A stretch of DNA of 63,712 bases, counting the filler. It is 10 parts of 10 records of this genome, joined end to end, with 100 filler letters (N's around TTAATTAATTAA, not from the genome) between each part and the next. Parts side by side here need not be neighbours in the genome. Positions count along the whole stretch, not along the records: positions 59,845 to 63,712 come from SRR20825010_4458; 9 more parts are not named here. One strand, given 5' to 3'. Below, piece after piece: positions 62,233 through 63,712 of this stretch (the stretch's first letter is position 1; the number at the start of each line of letters is the position of its first letter). The notes under the pieces were generated by a model, which saw nothing but the letters and a program-made list of their open reading frames with translations, did not search any database and was not told where the DNA came from. The position numbers were made by a program, and so were the translations under genes.

Positions 62233-63712
62233 TCACGCAGGGTCCGACAGGCTGATATCGTCTTTGAGCGGTTTGTCCAGCCGCTCGGATTCGCGTTTCG
62301 GCTTGATCAGCGGTTCGGGCGTGACCGGTCGCGTGTGCAGTTTTTCCCGACCTGCGAGAAGACCTTCCACGGCCTGGATTGCCAGCCGCTCTTCGTCGCG
62401 GTGGCGCACATCCTCGCTGATGGCCGCCGCCCGGTCTTCCGAGGTTCCGAGCGCTTCGAGCGTCTTGCGCCCGAACAGCATGCCGGATTCGAAAGTTTCG
62501 CGGGCCTCGTAGTCCACGCCCCGGGCGCGCAGCGACAAGGTATGGGTCCGGTCATAGGCGCGGGCGAATATCCGCGCGGTCGGGAAATCGGCCTGAATCA
62601 AGTCGACGATCTTGTCCGTGATCTCCTGCTTGTGGGTGCAAACGGCCACGATCTTCGCCCGCTCGATGCCGGCTGCCACCAGCACCTCCTTACGGGTTCC
62701 GTCGCCGTAATAGATCTTGAAACCGAATTTCGAGGCGGATCTGATCCTGTCGGCCGACTGATCGATGATGGTCACGTCGGAGCCGCCGGCGAGCAGGATC
62801 TGCGAGGCGATCTGGCCAAAGCGCGAGAATCCGATCATCAGCACATCGGAACCGGCGCCGGCGAAATCCTCGTCCATCTGCTCGTCGGCCGCCTCCCGCA
62901 TCAACCGGTTGGCCAGAAGCGCGGCAAGCGGCGTCAGCGCCATCGAAATGGTGACGATGGCCACCAGCAGTGAAGCCGTCGACTGGGCGAAAACGCCCGC
63001 AGCCGCTGCAGCGCTGAAAATGACAAAGCCGAATTCTCCGCCCTGTGGCAGCAGTCCCGCGATCTGGACGCTGTTGTTGTGCGTCGAGCCAAAGGCCCGG
63101 CATGCGCCGTAGATCACCAAGGCCTTGATGATCATCAGCACCGGGACGGCGATCAGGATAACAAGGATATTGTCGCGGATCACACTGAGATCGAGCGACA
63201 AGCCGACCGCCATGAAGAACAGCCCGAGCAGGATGCCGCGGAATGGCTCGATGTCGGCTTCAAGCTCATGCCGGTAGGAGGATTCGGCCAGCATGACGCC
63301 GGCGATGAAGGCGCCCAGCGCCATGGAAAGGCCGGCGATCTGCATCAGCGTTCCCGACGCCAGCACGACAAACAGGGCGGCGGCGATCATCGCTTCCTTG
63401 GCGCCCGTCCCGGCAATCAGCTGAAACAGCGGATTGAGCAGATACCGGCCGGCGACCAGCAGGGCCACGATCGCTCCAACCGTGATGCCGACATCGGTGA
63501 GCATCGAGCTGCCGCCATTGTCGGTTACCGGCGCGACAAGCGGCACCAGCGCCAGGATCGGCACGATCGCGATGTCCTGGAACAGCAGGATCGAGAAGGA
63601 TTGCTGGCCGTATCGCGTGTTGAGTTCGCCGCGTTCATTCAGGATTTGGACGCCGAACGCGGTCGACGAGAGCGCCAGTCCGAAACCGATCACGATGGCC
63701 GCCGCCCACGGT
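62233..63712 (-). CDS. CPA2 family K+/H+ antiporter, KefB/KefC-like (5' truncated)
   Basis: LSSTA, LLFQD, HELEADIEPF, QGGEFGFV, KTN domain GFSRFG, YGDGT. Confidence 0.92.
   Translation of the reverse strand, partial: PWAAAIVIGFGLALSSTAFGVQILNERGELNTRYGQQSFSILLFQDIAIVPILALVPLVAPVTDNGGSSMLTDVGITVGAIVALLVAGRYLLNPLFQLIAGTGAKEAMIAAALFVVLASGTLMQIAGLSMALGAFIAGVMLAESSYRHELEADIEPFRGILLGLFFMAVGLSLDLSVIRDNILVILIAVPVLMIIKALVIYGACRAFGSTHNNSVQIAGLLPQGGEFGFVIFSAAAAAGVFAQSTASLLVAIVTISMALTPLAALLANRLMREAADEQMDEDFAGAGSDVLMIGFSRFGQIASQILLAGGSDVTIIDQSADRIRSASKFGFKIYYGDGTRKEVLVAAGIERAKIVAVCTHKQEITDKIVDLIQADFPTARIFARAYDRTHTLSLRARGVDYEARETFESGMLFGRKTLEALGTSEDRAAAISEDVRHRDEERLAIQAVEGLLAGREKLHTRPVTPEPLIKPKRESERLDKPLKDDISLSDPA

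Overview
This window is not one genomic locus. It is ten unrelated contigs, probably from a marine metagenome, joined by 100-bp N44-TTAATTAATTAA-N44 spacers. Taxon labels below are guesses from gene style. (1) 1-11743, Alcanivorax-like gammaproteobacterium: ubiA, phoBR with a Pho box, LOG, a quinone/thiol-stress cluster, TlpA/DsbG, REPINs and heptamer repeats. (2) 11844-19731, Rhodobacteraceae: sugar ABC transporter, aromatic acyl-CoA catabolic genes, aminotransferase, cysK. (3) 19832-25218, Phycisphaerae-like planctomycete: nuoC, a PEP(PAP)-CTERM protein, and a 1032-aa LptC/LptA-like protein directly after kdsD. (4) 25319-32243, Marinobacter-like: dacC, ybeD, lipB, diguanylate cyclase, ABC1 kinase, MCP. 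(5) 32344-41067, Alcanivorax-like: hemB, an unannotated 42-aa secreted peptide, Pho-box-preceded ppk1, ppx, trxA, rho, ubiD. (6) 41168-46006, alphaproteobacterium: tsaD, hemC-hemD-alphaMic60-hemY. (7) 46107-50963, phage head module. Its portal gene carries a C-terminal 2H phosphoesterase resembling the anti-CBASS nuclease Acb1, and its protease gene has a nested scaffold start. (8) 51064-54469: RND efflux genes, a type II toxin-antitoxin pair and a class I HMG-CoA reductase. (9) 54570-59744, Rhodobacteraceae: ubiB and flagellar genes. (10) 59845-63712, Rhizobiales-like: patatin, MATE, VOC, Kef. The two most interesting items are the portal-Acb1 fusion (possibly a virion-delivered anti-defence enzyme) and the giant single-chain Lpt-like bridge protein. 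All family calls come from motif recognition by eye; no searches were run.
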